From a virus (Duplodnaviria > Caudoviricetes), in the IMG/VR virus record IMGVR_UViG_3300021431_004083, positions 187,550 to 251,549 of that record: a stretch of 64,000 nucleotides of DNA. The stretch is one strand, 5' to 3'. Position 1 is the stretch's first letter. The number at the start of each line of letters is the position of its first letter. A program made the translations under genes and the position numbers. Shown piece by piece: positions 10,868 to 22,800 of this stretch. The notes beneath the pieces are model-generated. The model made no database searches. It saw only the letters and a list, made by a program, of their open reading frames with translations, and was not told the DNA's origin.

Positions 10868-12547
10868 TTACATTTGATAATCATCATCAAAATCATCAAC
10901 ATCTCTCACATCATCAAAGTCTATTGTGACATACCGACCATGAGGACTATCCGTATGGCTGTCTTCAACATCTATCGACTGATAAGCAGGCTCATTGACC
11001 TCACGAATTGGACGACTCGCTTCATAATCGATTTTGATATCAGGCTTTGCCTGAGACGAATCAAAACAATCATGGTCCTTCGCAAAATCAACAAGCGTCG
11101 CGTAATCGGCAACGAAATTAGGCACATAATTCTCAGGATAGGTGACAAACCCACGCACCTCGCCGACATGAAGCGGTCTCTCCCTGTACTTACAGGAATC
11201 GACATCAACGCCGAATTGCTCTTTGATAGCGTCGCGATTATTTTCCATATAATCATTGAAAAACGCTTTATAATACCGCATCATTTGCGGATTATCAACA
11301 AACATATCGCAAACCCTTGATGACGGCTGTTCATTCGTCAACACGGCCTTTGTCTGTTGGACAGCATCGTATTCGCACAACGACTCAAGCGCGGCATACT
11401 TCGCAACAACGTTGATGTCCTCAGACAAGTAACCATCTTCCGACATTGACCATCCGATATTCTGCGTACGCTTAACAAAAGCGTCATCAATACGAAGGTT
11501 CTTAAACTCCTCAACAAACTGAGAGGGGTCGTCCCACTCTCTCATATTGGCTCGCAAATAAGCCTTCATAACATCAAAATGTGTCGACAAGCCTTGCGGC
11601 GGTCTCGGATGGAATGTTCCCGTAAAATCCTCACCCGTCTCAGGGTCGAAAAACTCGCCATCCCAATGAAGCGTTGTCGAACCGTCAGGATTCGTCACAC
11701 GACGATACTCGCTTTGCTGTGCCTCTCCTGTCGAAACCTCAGTAAACCAAGACATCGTTTCCGGGTCGGCTTCAAACATTTGACCTGCAATAATACGAAC
11801 CGAACGGTCAATATCCTCACGGGAAACGCCGTCGGCAGCTGCGGCTTCATACAAAGCTTCATGCGCTTTCTCCCATGCCTCCTGTAAACCTTCGATATCA
11901 GCACCTTTCTTGCGCATCGCATGATATGTCGTTGTGGAAAACGCAATCGACTGCATAGCCGCGCGTTCAGCGTCAAGAGGTCGCTGAAACTGAGAATAAC
12001 GACGACGTCCACTAAACGAATCAAACGATGACTTATCATCGTTTTGTCTTGCTGCGCGTTGCTTCTTTCTCAAATCAGACACACCATCATGTTTAGCAAA
12101 CAGCTTCGACACAGCGGTATACGACAAAAACCGACCGAGCGACTCGCCAAAGCCGCCTTGACGGCAACCGCGCATCATTAACGGAGCAAAGCACGCTAAA
12201 CGCATTGACCTATCGATATAGTCATGCATAATTAATCGCTGCACATCATAGAAGCTCAAATGCAAATCGGCATCCTTCAGCGTCTTGTCTTTCTCGTATG
12301 ACTTAACAAAATCACTGCAATAAGACTCCCAACGATGAGAATCCCAACCAAATGTATCTGTCGCAAAATGCAAACTATCTATCAACTGATTGTTATTGAT
12401 AGCACGGTCAATATTTCTGCGATGCTGCCAATAAACAGCGGAACGTTCGTCTTCCGTATTCATCGAAACACGACCGCTATTCGCGCTCCGTGAATTATTA
12501 TTACCTGACGGTCCGTCTCTTCTTAATCGTCGCGCCATACAAATCAC
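10868..12547 (-). CDS. hypothetical protein with acidic C-terminus
   Basis: 559-aa ORF with AGGAG RBS. Confidence 0.8.
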   Translation of the reverse strand: MICMARRLRRDGPSGNNNSRSANSGRVSMNTEDERSAVYWQHRRNIDRAINNNQLIDSLHFATDTFGWDSHRWESYCSDFVKSYEKDKTLKDADLHLSFYDVQRLIMHDYIDRSMRLACFAPLMMRGCRQGGFGESLGRFLSYTAVSKLFAKHDGVSDLRKKQRAARQNDDKSSFDSFSGRRRYSQFQRPLDAERAAMQSIAFSTTTYHAMRKKGADIEGLQEAWEKAHEALYEAAAADGVSREDIDRSVRIIAGQMFEADPETMSWFTEVSTGEAQQSEYRRVTNPDGSTTLHWDGEFFDPETGEDFTGTFHPRPPQGLSTHFDVMKAYLRANMREWDDPSQFVEEFKNLRIDDAFVKRTQNIGWSMSEDGYLSEDINVVAKYAALESLCEYDAVQQTKAVLTNEQPSSRVCDMFVDNPQMMRYYKAFFNDYMENNRDAIKEQFGVDVDSCKYRERPLHVGEVRGFVTYPENYVPNFVADYATLVDFAKDHDCFDSSQAKPDIKIDYEASRPIREVNEPAYQSIDVEDSHTDSPHGRYVTIDFDDVRDVDDFDDDYQM

Positions 12548-12822
12548 TCTCCTTTATAGCTTCATTATAACATAAAACCATGATTAATCAAGAGAATTTT
12601 GACAAACAAAAAGTCCGATATTTATTCAACAATACTACCCTCAATCAATTCACAGCGAACGAACCGTCGGCTATCATCTGAATAACCGTCATAAACACGC
12701 AAAGAATAAACCCCGCGTGCAAAAATACACGTGGGGTTCATCCTTAGGAGAAATAAAAATGAAAAAAGCTACGTATAGTAGGTATACTCAATTTGATTTC
12801 TTATTAAAAGAAGCACAACACC

Positions 12823-13311
12823 TTATTCATAACGAACATTGCGTTCGTTTACATGAGACAGCAAAGCTTTATCGAGAACCTTACGCTTCAAAGCAGACTC
12901 GACACGAAACTCATATAAATAACGATATTTCTTACAGTCTATCATTGCGATAATACTCTCATCCGCAATATTTAAACCCAGAAGTCGCTTAAAGAAAAAC
13001 TCCGAATAAATCTTACCGTCTCTGCGAATCCGAACACCCTTATCGCACAACACAGCAACGACCTCACCCTCAACGGGTGTATAGTCGTCGCCCTCTTTTG
13101 CCGCGTCGAGTTCACATGGGATTCGATTCAATTCTTCACCGAGGTTCAAACCCATCGGAGAAGATAACAATATGACAATCGCCAATATCACAACAGCGAA
13201 ACCTAACGCTAAAGCGCCGAAGGCGTCCAAATGACGCATGAAACAAATCGTGCCATAGCCACAAATAACGCCGATAACAATACCCGCGAAAACATAAATC
13301 CACTTTTTCAA
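12823..13311 (-). CDS. membrane protein
   Basis: two N-terminal transmembrane segments. Confidence 0.65.
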   Translation of the reverse strand: MKKWIYVFAGIVIGVICGYGTICFMRHLDAFGALALGFAVVILAIVILLSSPMGLNLGEELNRIPCELDAAKEGDDYTPVEGEVVAVLCDKGVRIRRDGKIYSEFFFKRLLGLNIADESIIAMIDCKKYRYLYEFRVESALKRKVLDKALLSHVNERNVRYE

Positions 13312-13332
13312 AGAACCGCTCTCCTTCTCTTA

Positions 13333-13617
13333 TTATTCGTTCAGCAACGTTTTCATCGCAACACTTGTCGTAAAAGCAATAGCCCTGTGCTCAGGTATCA
13401 AAATACGCTCCTGCGTCCTCGGGTCGGTGCCGTAACGGGGTTTACGGACAACGATATCTAACTTGCCGATTTTCGGCAAAGTCAAATGCTCACGCTCAAC
13501 AAGTGTGCTCGCCAATGTCTTGATGACAGCGTCATACGCCTTCTCAGCATAAACTCGCGAAAAGAACACATCAGGGTGCTCCTTCATCAAACGACTCACC
13601 ATTTCCTGTTTCGACAA
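13333..13617 (-). CDS. hup: HU/IHF-family DNA-binding protein
   Basis: LTLPKIGKL...RKPRYGTDPRTQERILIP...IAF matches the HU arm motif. Confidence 0.85.
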   Translation of the reverse strand: MSKQEMVSRLMKEHPDVFFSRVYAEKAYDAVIKTLASTLVEREHLTLPKIGKLDIVVRKPRYGTDPRTQERILIPEHRAIAFTTSVAMKTLLNE

Positions 13618-13960
13618 TACCGTTACCCCCTTCCGTCAACTTTTTACGAATCTCCTCTTGGGGCTTCGCCGACGCAGCAAACTTCACAACATAATAATCC
13701 TTGATTTTACCCTGTTTACCGGACTGAAAATCCATCACGGCGTGTCCTTTTCGTTTATTCAAATAAAAACGACCGAAATCACGAAGCGATATCTCGTTGC
13801 CTTCTGACAACTCAAGGAAAATACGGTTAACGATCGCGTCATAAATACATGTCACAAGACGACTCAAACCCAAACGCTTCATAAAAGAAGACGGATAAAA
13901 CGCCTCGACATCCTTTGTTACACGGCGGAGAAACTCCGACCGATTAATCCTCTGTCTCAT
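13571..13960 (-). CDS. second HU/IHF-like protein
   Basis: ISLRDFGRF...RKG...DFQSGK...VKF motif. Confidence 0.75.
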   Translation of the reverse strand: MRQRINRSEFLRRVTKDVEAFYPSSFMKRLGLSRLVTCIYDAIVNRIFLELSEGNEISLRDFGRFYLNKRKGHAVMDFQSGKQGKIKDYYVVKFAASAKPQEEIRKKLTEGGNGIVETGNGESFDEGAP

Positions 13961-14069
13961 AACAAAAATCCTTTCATGACATTAATATAACATATTTCTT
14001 CTCGAAAATCAAGGGTTTTTTGAACCAAATTAGAAAAAAATTCCCGAAAGAAGAACTTTCGGGAATTTT

Positions 14070-14831
14070 TCACACAATACCGAACTCAACCTCGGAAAAA
14101 CGCTTAGTTACATCAAAGAACGAACGCGGCAGAGGTCGCAAGCGAGCAAGCCCCGCCGCCTCACGCGCTAATCGATCAGCAACAGCCATCCCGGAGTTCT
14201 TTGAACGGGGAACGCCCGCTTTCTCGGCTTGCTTGTTTGTCTTATGACTTGGGATATGCGTAAACCGAACAATAATATCATTCGCATCAAGCATATTAAT
14301 ACCGTCAAGATAACACTTGCGCAATGAATCGCTCGCTTTTCCGTTCCCCCGTGCCCAATCCTGACAAGCCATACAATCATGATGGATAGTGATGTCATGA
14401 ATGTCAAGCTCCTTTACCCTATCAAATAGGGCAAGCATACCGTTCACCTCGGCTTCCAAAGAACCGCGCCTTTTATTATCAGCAAGCTGAGAGCCCGACA
14501 ACACATAACGAGAACCGTTATAATCAATAAAACCGCCGTAACCCGATACACCTGTTCTCTCATTGAAAGAACCGTCAATAAACGCGTAAGCGCGAGAGCT
14601 GTCGTCAATAAAAACATGACGACGTTCCGCGTCAATGATTTCTTCTATTGACAGGCCGAAATAATCAGGCTTGCGTAAACAAAGAGCCGCCAACGAACGA
14701 GACGGACAGCCCTTGACACGAGAAACAGGCGCGTCTTTTATCTTATCATCGAACTCGTCATGAGACATAAAAACACCATGAAAAGTAGGCGTCAAAACCG
14801 CAAAATAAACAGGCGCCTTTGCTTTTGCCAT
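14070..14831 (-). CDS. rnhA: ribonuclease HI with N-terminal hybrid-binding-like domain
   Basis: FIDGSF, EAEVNG, IHHDC, HIPSH and ADRLA catalytic pattern; start refined to MAKAK after GGAGG. Confidence 0.85.
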   Translation of the reverse strand: MAKAKAPVYFAVLTPTFHGVFMSHDEFDDKIKDAPVSRVKGCPSRSLAALCLRKPDYFGLSIEEIIDAERRHVFIDDSSRAYAFIDGSFNERTGVSGYGGFIDYNGSRYVLSGSQLADNKRRGSLEAEVNGMLALFDRVKELDIHDITIHHDCMACQDWARGNGKASDSLRKCYLDGINMLDANDIIVRFTHIPSHKTNKQAEKAGVPRSKNSGMAVADRLAREAAGLARLRPLPRSFFDVTKRFSEVEFGIV

Positions 14832-14850
14832 CAAAAGGCAACCTCCTTTC

Positions 14851-15750
14851 TCAATCGTATTGCCTGTCCTGTTCAACAGGCGACGAGAAATCAAAAGAAG
14901 GCAAAGGTCTATCGGCACGGTCAAAGCCTGACACGCTGTCCTCCGTTTCAACAGAAGGTTCATTGTCGATTTGAACAGACACTTCCGCCGACCGATACGA
15001 TTGCAAAAACGTTTGATAATCCTCACCGAGAGACAAAATCAAATCATCCGACACAGGCAAACCCACCGCCTTATCGGCATGAACGCGAGAAAATAAGGAA
15101 TATTTCTCCAAGAACAATTGAGATTGCCAGTTCATATAATCAAAAAATAATGAACGAGACGAACGCACCGTACCATCTACACGAGCGACATTATCAGGAG
15201 ATGCTTTCGCCCGAAGAAAACCATCGAAAGAAATGCGCATCTCAGCCTCAGTTGAACGATAATGACGAACATCACGATTCACACAGCGGGTGAAAACATC
15301 AATAAAGGCCTGTCGGTTTTGTTCTGACGCAAACGAACCGTTCGTCACGAACTGCGTCTCAAGCGCGTATAATCGATTTTTATCTTCTATCTCCTGTTCG
15401 GACACGACAGGTGCTTTCGGCTTGTGCAGCATATCCCCCAATTCACTGAGATACTCACCAAACCCCGCGAATTTAGCAAACGAAGAAACATCTTCGATAT
15501 CACGGTGCGTTATTGCGGAAACACGGGAACAAAGCGACATAAAAATATCCTCGGAAGAAAAGGAAACAGCCGACATGTCGCAATACTTATCAAAGTCGGT
15601 ATGAATATTGACGCCTTCGATATCACTCAAATCGTCATAAAGCAAAGAAGCATCCGTACGATTATTTCGGTTAAAATATAACGAACGATACAGCTCTCTA
15701 ACGGCGTCGCCGTAATACCTGTCATAATCATCAACAGCCATCAAAATCAC
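14851..15750 (-). CDS. hypothetical protein with RPLP...Y tail
   Basis: 299-aa ORF. Confidence 0.75.
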   Translation of the reverse strand: MILMAVDDYDRYYGDAVRELYRSLYFNRNNRTDASLLYDDLSDIEGVNIHTDFDKYCDMSAVSFSSEDIFMSLCSRVSAITHRDIEDVSSFAKFAGFGEYLSELGDMLHKPKAPVVSEQEIEDKNRLYALETQFVTNGSFASEQNRQAFIDVFTRCVNRDVRHYRSTEAEMRISFDGFLRAKASPDNVARVDGTVRSSRSLFFDYMNWQSQLFLEKYSLFSRVHADKAVGLPVSDDLILSLGEDYQTFLQSYRSAEVSVQIDNEPSVETEDSVSGFDRADRPLPSFDFSSPVEQDRQYD

Positions 15751-15761
15751 CCCCGAATCGA

Positions 15762-16631
15762 CTAAAAATCAGGACCGTCATCGGACAAACCGTCGCCGCC
15801 GTCGACATATTGCTCATGCTCCTCATAATCAAAACCATTGTCGCCCTTCTCAGGACTCCAATTCTCTAACGCGTGTCCGCGGCGCTTATCAAAAGGAACG
15901 CGCTTCGCATCGACAGTCTTCGTCTCGACAGCGGCACGATACGCATCTTCCTTCTCAGCCATTTGGTCACGCAAAGCGGAAAGAGAAGCAGGCAGCGAAA
16001 TCTCATCATATGTAATAAAACGCATAAAAGCATACGATTCCTTCGGATGCTGTTGACGGAAAAGAGCAAAATGACCTAACGCGTCATCGAGAAACTCTTC
16101 CGCCGAAAACTCGGAATCCGACGAATAACCGTCGATAAAAGGATTCGGGTTCTCGGGATTGACGAAATAAGAAAACGCGCCTGCGTAACGAACCATATCT
16201 TCATCTGCTTTCGACATATCGAAACAGACATCCGACAAATATTGACCAAAGCTCTTAGCGACAGGCGCACGTTCCGAAATCGCGCTGTTACGATATAAAG
16301 AAGCATCGCCGAAAACAGCATCCTTATGATAATCATAGTCAGAGAACAAATAATCGCGATGCAACGAAACACCACCGTCAGCGACAGATACACCCTTATC
16401 AGAGCACTCCGCTAAAGACCGAGCCGCAGCGTCAACAAGGTCATAACGGGAAAACGAATACCCATGCACAGACGACGGGTGTGACAGAACAAAACGAACA
16501 TCATCAGCAAAAAAAGGAACAGCATCCTCTTTGGGACGATAACCACCCAATACTTTGGAATAAAAAGCACTGTAATACTTGCTTTGAACGGACATAGGGG
16601 AAACAGGTTTTGTAAAATTAAAATCAGACAT
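15762..16631 (-). CDS. hypothetical protein with acidic tail
   Basis: start refined to ATG at 16631 behind GAGGTG RBS. Confidence 0.75.
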   Translation of the reverse strand: MSDFNFTKPVSPMSVQSKYYSAFYSKVLGGYRPKEDAVPFFADDVRFVLSHPSSVHGYSFSRYDLVDAAARSLAECSDKGVSVADGGVSLHRDYLFSDYDYHKDAVFGDASLYRNSAISERAPVAKSFGQYLSDVCFDMSKADEDMVRYAGAFSYFVNPENPNPFIDGYSSDSEFSAEEFLDDALGHFALFRQQHPKESYAFMRFITYDEISLPASLSALRDQMAEKEDAYRAAVETKTVDAKRVPFDKRRGHALENWSPEKGDNGFDYEEHEQYVDGGDGLSDDGPDF

Positions 16632-16657
16632 GAAAAACACCTCTTTTTTTTTAAGCG

Positions 16658-16792
16658 CACTCCGATTTTGAGCGGCCGCCGAGGAGGACATGGCCTTGTC
16701 GATGGGACGACCATCGCCTGTCCATGTCCGTAAGACCTCGGCAGACACACTTGTCTTTACACTCAAACAGAAAGCCGCACAAACTCGGAGTG
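16658..16792 (-). ncRNA. candidate rod-shaped structured RNA downstream of the RNAP gene
   Basis: nested complementary stems CACTCCGA/TCGGAGTG, GCGGC/GCCGC, GCCGAGG/CCTCGGC, GGACATGG/CCATGTCC and CGATGG/CCATCG; strand inferred from flanking genes. Confidence 0.5.
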
Positions 16793-16815
16793 ATTATTGT
16801 ACAACACCAAAAGAA

Positions 16816-19800
16816 TCAATAATTAGGAGCATCGCTCGCTTTGGACACACTATGGAATCCCAAATCAAACGGAGTCTGTATCCTCGGTCTCTGACCGACA
16901 CTTGCGGACGTTGCCTTCGCAGCAACAGCCTGTGTTTGATAGTCACCCTCAACAGAACGACTCTGAACACGCTTATCCTTACTGTGGAGCTGATTGAACG
17001 CCTCAGGCGCGGCGTCATGGGCGATGTTCCAAAGAATCAACTCAGGCGCGTAGACATAGGCGACGTTACCGTCGTTCAACGCCTTATCGAACGTCTCCTT
17101 CGCCTTTGACGCATCTTCGATACCGGAAAGCTGTCGCTTTATTGCGTTGACATCGATACCGTAAATATTCAGGCTGCCGCCCGCTTCCGCGATATGAGAA
17201 GCAAAACTCTTCAGATTCGGATGATATGCCTGCTCCAGAATCTCAGAACGATGCGTTGCCACACGCTCGATACTACCGATATACTTATTACCCTTATTAT
17301 CGGTCAAAGTCATCGCGCGAGATATCAAATCCATATACTCAGGATTCACAGCAGCGTCACAACCAAAAGGACTCGTAGCGAAATCAGTAAACTGTTTCTT
17401 CCACTCTTCAGGAGACAAACGGTCCTTTGCTCTTGCTTCATCGGCTATCCAAATAGGGTTGCCGTCAGCATTGACAGACGTTTTGATTGCCTTGCCCGCC
17501 CACAACGCTTTCAACGGAGAATCCGATGTCAACACGTTATGTATCAAACGGCGAGCTTGCTCGACGTTGTGCTTTGCGCTCAAAGCAGACTGTGTCATGC
17601 CCTCAGATATATTGATACCGGCACGACACGCGGACTTACCCTCACAAGCAGACGGTCCGTCAAAGAACGCACCGAGCGTTGCTGTAATGATATGCTGTGT
17701 CTGTTTGCCGTAAGAGCCTGTGAACTGGTTCTTAGCGGATAACGCTGTCTGAGTAGCGACACGGTCTTCCCATGTCGATAACGTATGACCTTCATCCTTG
17801 ATGGTCGAATAATCAACCATCAGCTTACCGTCGGCGTCCTTACAAATATGACCGTCTTCATCACGCTCCGCGTCAAACGTCACGCCGAGATAACGACAAT
17901 ACTTATCGAATGAATCGGGCTTACCCTTGGAACCGTTCTCGATACAAGCGGCAACAGAACGGAGATTATTCTCAAGACTATCGAACTGAATGACGTTGAT
18001 ACCGCAGTCAGCTTCCTGCGCGTCAATGTACCAATCATTGAACTCTTCGAAATGCTTCTCGTTAGTCGCCATCCATTCAATATAATTCTCATCACGCAGA
18101 TGATAATCATCATTGAACTTATCACGGAGAGCGGAAAGCCGCTCACCGAGCTCAGGATGCGCGTCGCACACAGCTTGTATATCAAGACCTGTATCATAAT
18201 ACAAATCGAATTTGCCGTCCTCGGCAACATAATGGGTATCAAGCGCGTTATTAACAACGCCGAAATTGCGAATCAACTCATCAAGCGCCTGCTTACCCTT
18301 GATTTTAGTAATACCGATCGTATCACCGTCGAAATCACCCGCTAATGACTTCATCAAAAGCGGACTGACGCCGACGACATCCTCATAATCGGAATCGATA
18401 TGAATCTTCGGAGCACGGATACCGCCGTCAGACAAAATCGGGTCACGCCAAATCATCGCGTAATCGCCGTCAACAAAGCCCAAACGCTCCGCCATCTTGG
18501 CGCCCATCGTTATCTCTTCGATTTTGCAACTGGGGTTTGCCACCCAAACAACAGTCGCCGAATTCGGCAACGGACGCGCGAGCGTCTGCTTGAACAAACC
18601 GTGCTTACTGTGGAATACTCTCGCTTCTAAATCATTTGTGATGGAGTTCCTGTACTCCTTCTCAATGCTTGCGCGAAGACTGTTCATCTTACCGAAATCA
18701 TCGACAGAGCTCTGGTTCTCCTGCAACGCCTTATATTCCAACGAATTCATCAAAATACGCTGATAGGCATAGGTATAACCGTGATAAATATCAGGGCCGT
18801 CGCCGTTGCTATCGAAGCCTGAACGCAAATACGGAGGCAACAGCGGCAACAAATAGTTACCGTTGGGCTGACCGTCATCACCGTAAGATTCCATCAACGG
18901 CATACCGGACGGAAGCGTCATCTGGAACGGAACCTCGATAAAACCGCCGTAAGAATTCAACTGAGAGAACATCTCATTACGCATCGCTTCTTTATCAACA
19001 ATACGCTCGCCGTTCTCATTAGTTGTATATTGCAGCTCGGGCAAACGAACGACCTTACGTTCCTCGCCCTCGTGCTCGGAATAGCCTAAATGCGCGTTGC
19101 CGTATTCATCTACGTCAAAGCCGAGAGGAATCAAACTCTCACGCAAACGCTCAAATGAAGCGACGTCGGAGCCCTTGAACTCACGAACAATCGATTTCGC
19201 GTTGTTCGCAATCAAGGCTGCAGTCAGCTGCGCCGAAGCAGAACGTCCCTTACCGGAATGAGCGTCATAAACATGAAGCTTGCTGTCAGCTGTCTGCTCA
19301 TTGATAATGACATCCAAACGGCACAAAGCGCCGGGAATGTCCTTGCCGTCAATATGCAAAACACCGCCGTCAGGCACATTACCTTTCGCGTAACCGTCCA
19401 TCGCCTCACGTGTCGTATAACCGTCAAAACGACCGGGGAAGGTCTGCGGAGACATAACAAAATCAAGCGACGGATTATCCTTGAAAAGCTTCCACGGCAT
19501 ATAATGACCGGAATACATAGCATTACGTTCAGGCACATCGGTATCGACGATTCGAGCGGCAGTCGCCTTATTACCGCCGCCGACAGACGCCTTGTCACCG
19601 GACATAAGAGAACGCATCTCAATCGCGTCATCGAGAGAATCGAGCAGCTTATCATCATCAAAGCCGAGCTGTGTCAACACAGCATTGACGCCCTCGACGC
19701 CGTTTTCCTCAGCAAAACGCTTCGAAAAAAGCACGGAGTCATTCATCGTATAACAACCGATAGTCGCAAACGCGCCGACAGCAGGAGCGACACGACGACA

Positions 19801-22800
19801 CGAGAGCAAATTGCTTGCGCGCATCATATCACGGTCCGTCGGAGAATACTGAGCGTAAGGCATATGATTACGCACCAAGCGTGTTTCCTTCAATTCCTCG
19901 TCATCCGTCGGAATAATCAAATGACCGCTGTTTTGTCCGCGCTTCTGAAGAACGGCGCCGTCAGAAAGACAGCGATTCAAACCCATAGACGAATTGACGC
20001 TCGTAACGGTCTTTGAGGTATAACCGTTATCGGTCAGAATAGAAATATCTTCAAAACCGGAACGTACAAACGGGTCTGTGATATTCAAATCATTCGCAAG
20101 CCCCTTACGGTCGGATAACGCGTACAAGGAAGCCGCGCGAATAGTAGAATTGCCATATATGCTCGGCAAATGAAAACGACGAGACAATGTATAAATCTTA
20201 TCGTCGAAAAGCTCAGGAGACATACCGGTACGCTTATTCTTCTCAAGAATATTGAGCGGAAAACGCTCGCTGCGCAACATACGATATGTACGATTGAGAG
20301 CGGTATTGCTCTCGAAATCAGGCACACCCTTTACGATATCCGAACGAACACGAGCTGTAATGAAATCATGAAGAACATCGGCATAACCGCGCAGACATAA
20401 ACGCTCCTCGTATGTCTTATTCTCGCCGGGCTTTTGCGGAAGAATATCCGCCTCATAGTCAGGTACAAACAAATAATTATCGTCGTGATTGAATTTCGTC
20501 TCAATCAAACCCATACCATCAGGCAAAAAGACTTGCCCGATAGTACCTTCGACAGGCTCATAAGAGATATTCGTGCCTGTCATCGACTTATTCAAATCAT
20601 CAACAACGATACGACGTGCTTTATATTTGATGATACCATTATCATCAATAAAGGCATCCTTTGATAAATCAAAATCACAACCTGTCGCCGTGATAGCGTT
20701 CGTAAGCGAATCACAAACAGATTGAATGATTTCCTTCTGCGGACCATCCTGATAAGAATCAAGCAGGTTCTTCAGCGAAGTCTGTGAAGCTTCATCAAAC
20801 TGAACAAGACCTTCGCAAAAAGCATTGAACGAAGAACCCTCGCCTTTGAACTTATCACGAGACACATTCGCGGCGAGAAAAGCAGCGGATAACGCTCTAT
20901 GCGAAATATCGCCTGTCGTATTGGTGGTCGTCATATAGCGAGACACCAATAACGGATTGATAAGACAATCATCCGGCGAATTATAATAACCGATGCGCTC
21001 CGGCATAAACTGATTGGAAAGCTGACTCATCAAGCGTTCCTTGGTCAGCTCACGGTCATAAGAGGAACCATCATCCTCTTGTGCCTGACGAATCAATGCC
21101 CAGAACGACTGCTGCACAGAAGAGATGACGCTGTCTTCATCGAAAACAGGCGTATAATCCATACCATGCGTATCAGCCTCATCCAACAACCTGTCAATAT
21201 CGACAGAAGAAGCGAACATCAGCTTCGCGGAATCAACAGCTTCCATAATGAACTGATTTGCTTCCTCAGCTGAACTGAAGGAAATATTGCGATATCGACG
21301 CTTATTGTCGACAATCATGTGTACCTTATTCGTCGTAGACATCTGCGCGGGCTTATTGCTCGTCGCATAAGAAATCGGCAAACCGTCAATGCCAAGCGCT
21401 TGGTTACGGTTATTACGACGAACAAAACAACGATTCGGCAACGGCTTCACATCGGCTCTGAACATCCGATGCCCCTGCTTTGTCGTATGATAAAAACTGT
21501 TCTGACGGACAGACGGAATATTCATCCTCGCCTGACGGCTGTACATCGTTGTGTTATAAGAACCAAACTCACCGAGATTCGCGACATCGGGAGTCACACC
21601 GACGGCATAATCAACAACAGCTAACCTGTCCTCAATCGGAATCATATATTCCGCGCGAACCTCACCCTGCCATTGACGACCGTCTTTACCTGTGCGAACC
21701 TTCGGTATTTTCTTACCATCCTCCAAACGGTAACGACCGTCTTGACCCAATTCATAATCAGGAACCGTTTGATCGGTACTTGCGTAATAAACAAGACCGC
21801 CATTATAACAACGACCGATATTATTCTCATAATTCGAAGGACTCGTGATACGAATGTGTGTCTTATTGGCTGTAACAGCGTTAACATGTCCCGCGGCATA
21901 ACTCGTATCAGGCTCAATCGTATAAGAAACACCCTTATCATTCAAATGATGCAAAATAGCCACACTCGAACGAATCGCTGTTTCAGACATAGGAAACCCG
22001 GAGCTTTTTACCCATCTGTCAATATTCTCAATCGACTCGGGATTCTTCTGCGGAACATACCGGTGCAGATACGAAAGACCATAAAGGTCATTCTCACTGC
22101 GAAGAACCATAGGCGCCGTATCACTGTTCGGGGTAACAACGCGACCGTCTTCTCCCAACATCGAATCAGCGTCGGGCGACGCATAAAGAGGAATTCTCTC
22201 ATAAAAAGCGTTCATATCGGTATCCATATAAGGGATGCCGGAAGCATTACACAACGACATACCGCCGTTTCCGTTATCCTTATCACCGACAGGCGCATAA
22301 ACAGCAGAACCATTGGATGACAAAGCCCATTCACACATGAAAAAGCGTGAATCATAAGGAGACAACGGAGCAAAACCACGAGCGAACGACTGACGAACAT
22401 CACCGGCTATCTTAGACAGACCGTCATTAGACAAACAGTCAAGGTCATCACGACCTGTCTTGGCTTTGATAAACGCACGAAGAGCGTTAGCGAAATTACT
22501 TGCCGTGATATTATCCATATCAATCGGCATAGTCTTTCGCATATTAAACGCTGTCAGCGTATCGTCAGAGAAATAAGACATACCTGTTGTAATAAACTCT
22601 TCATGCAGCTGACGAGCGTAAGACAAAGGAATACCTCGCTCTCCTTCGGCCTGTAATGTCTCGTTTAATGAAAACATCGCCTCACGAAAAACGGATTCGT
22701 TCAACAGACGACGTACGAAAGGTGAATAGGTAGACTGACCGCTGTAAACAGCGTTCCTACCGGAAACAACACCTCTGTCGGTACGGAGCTGATTACGATA

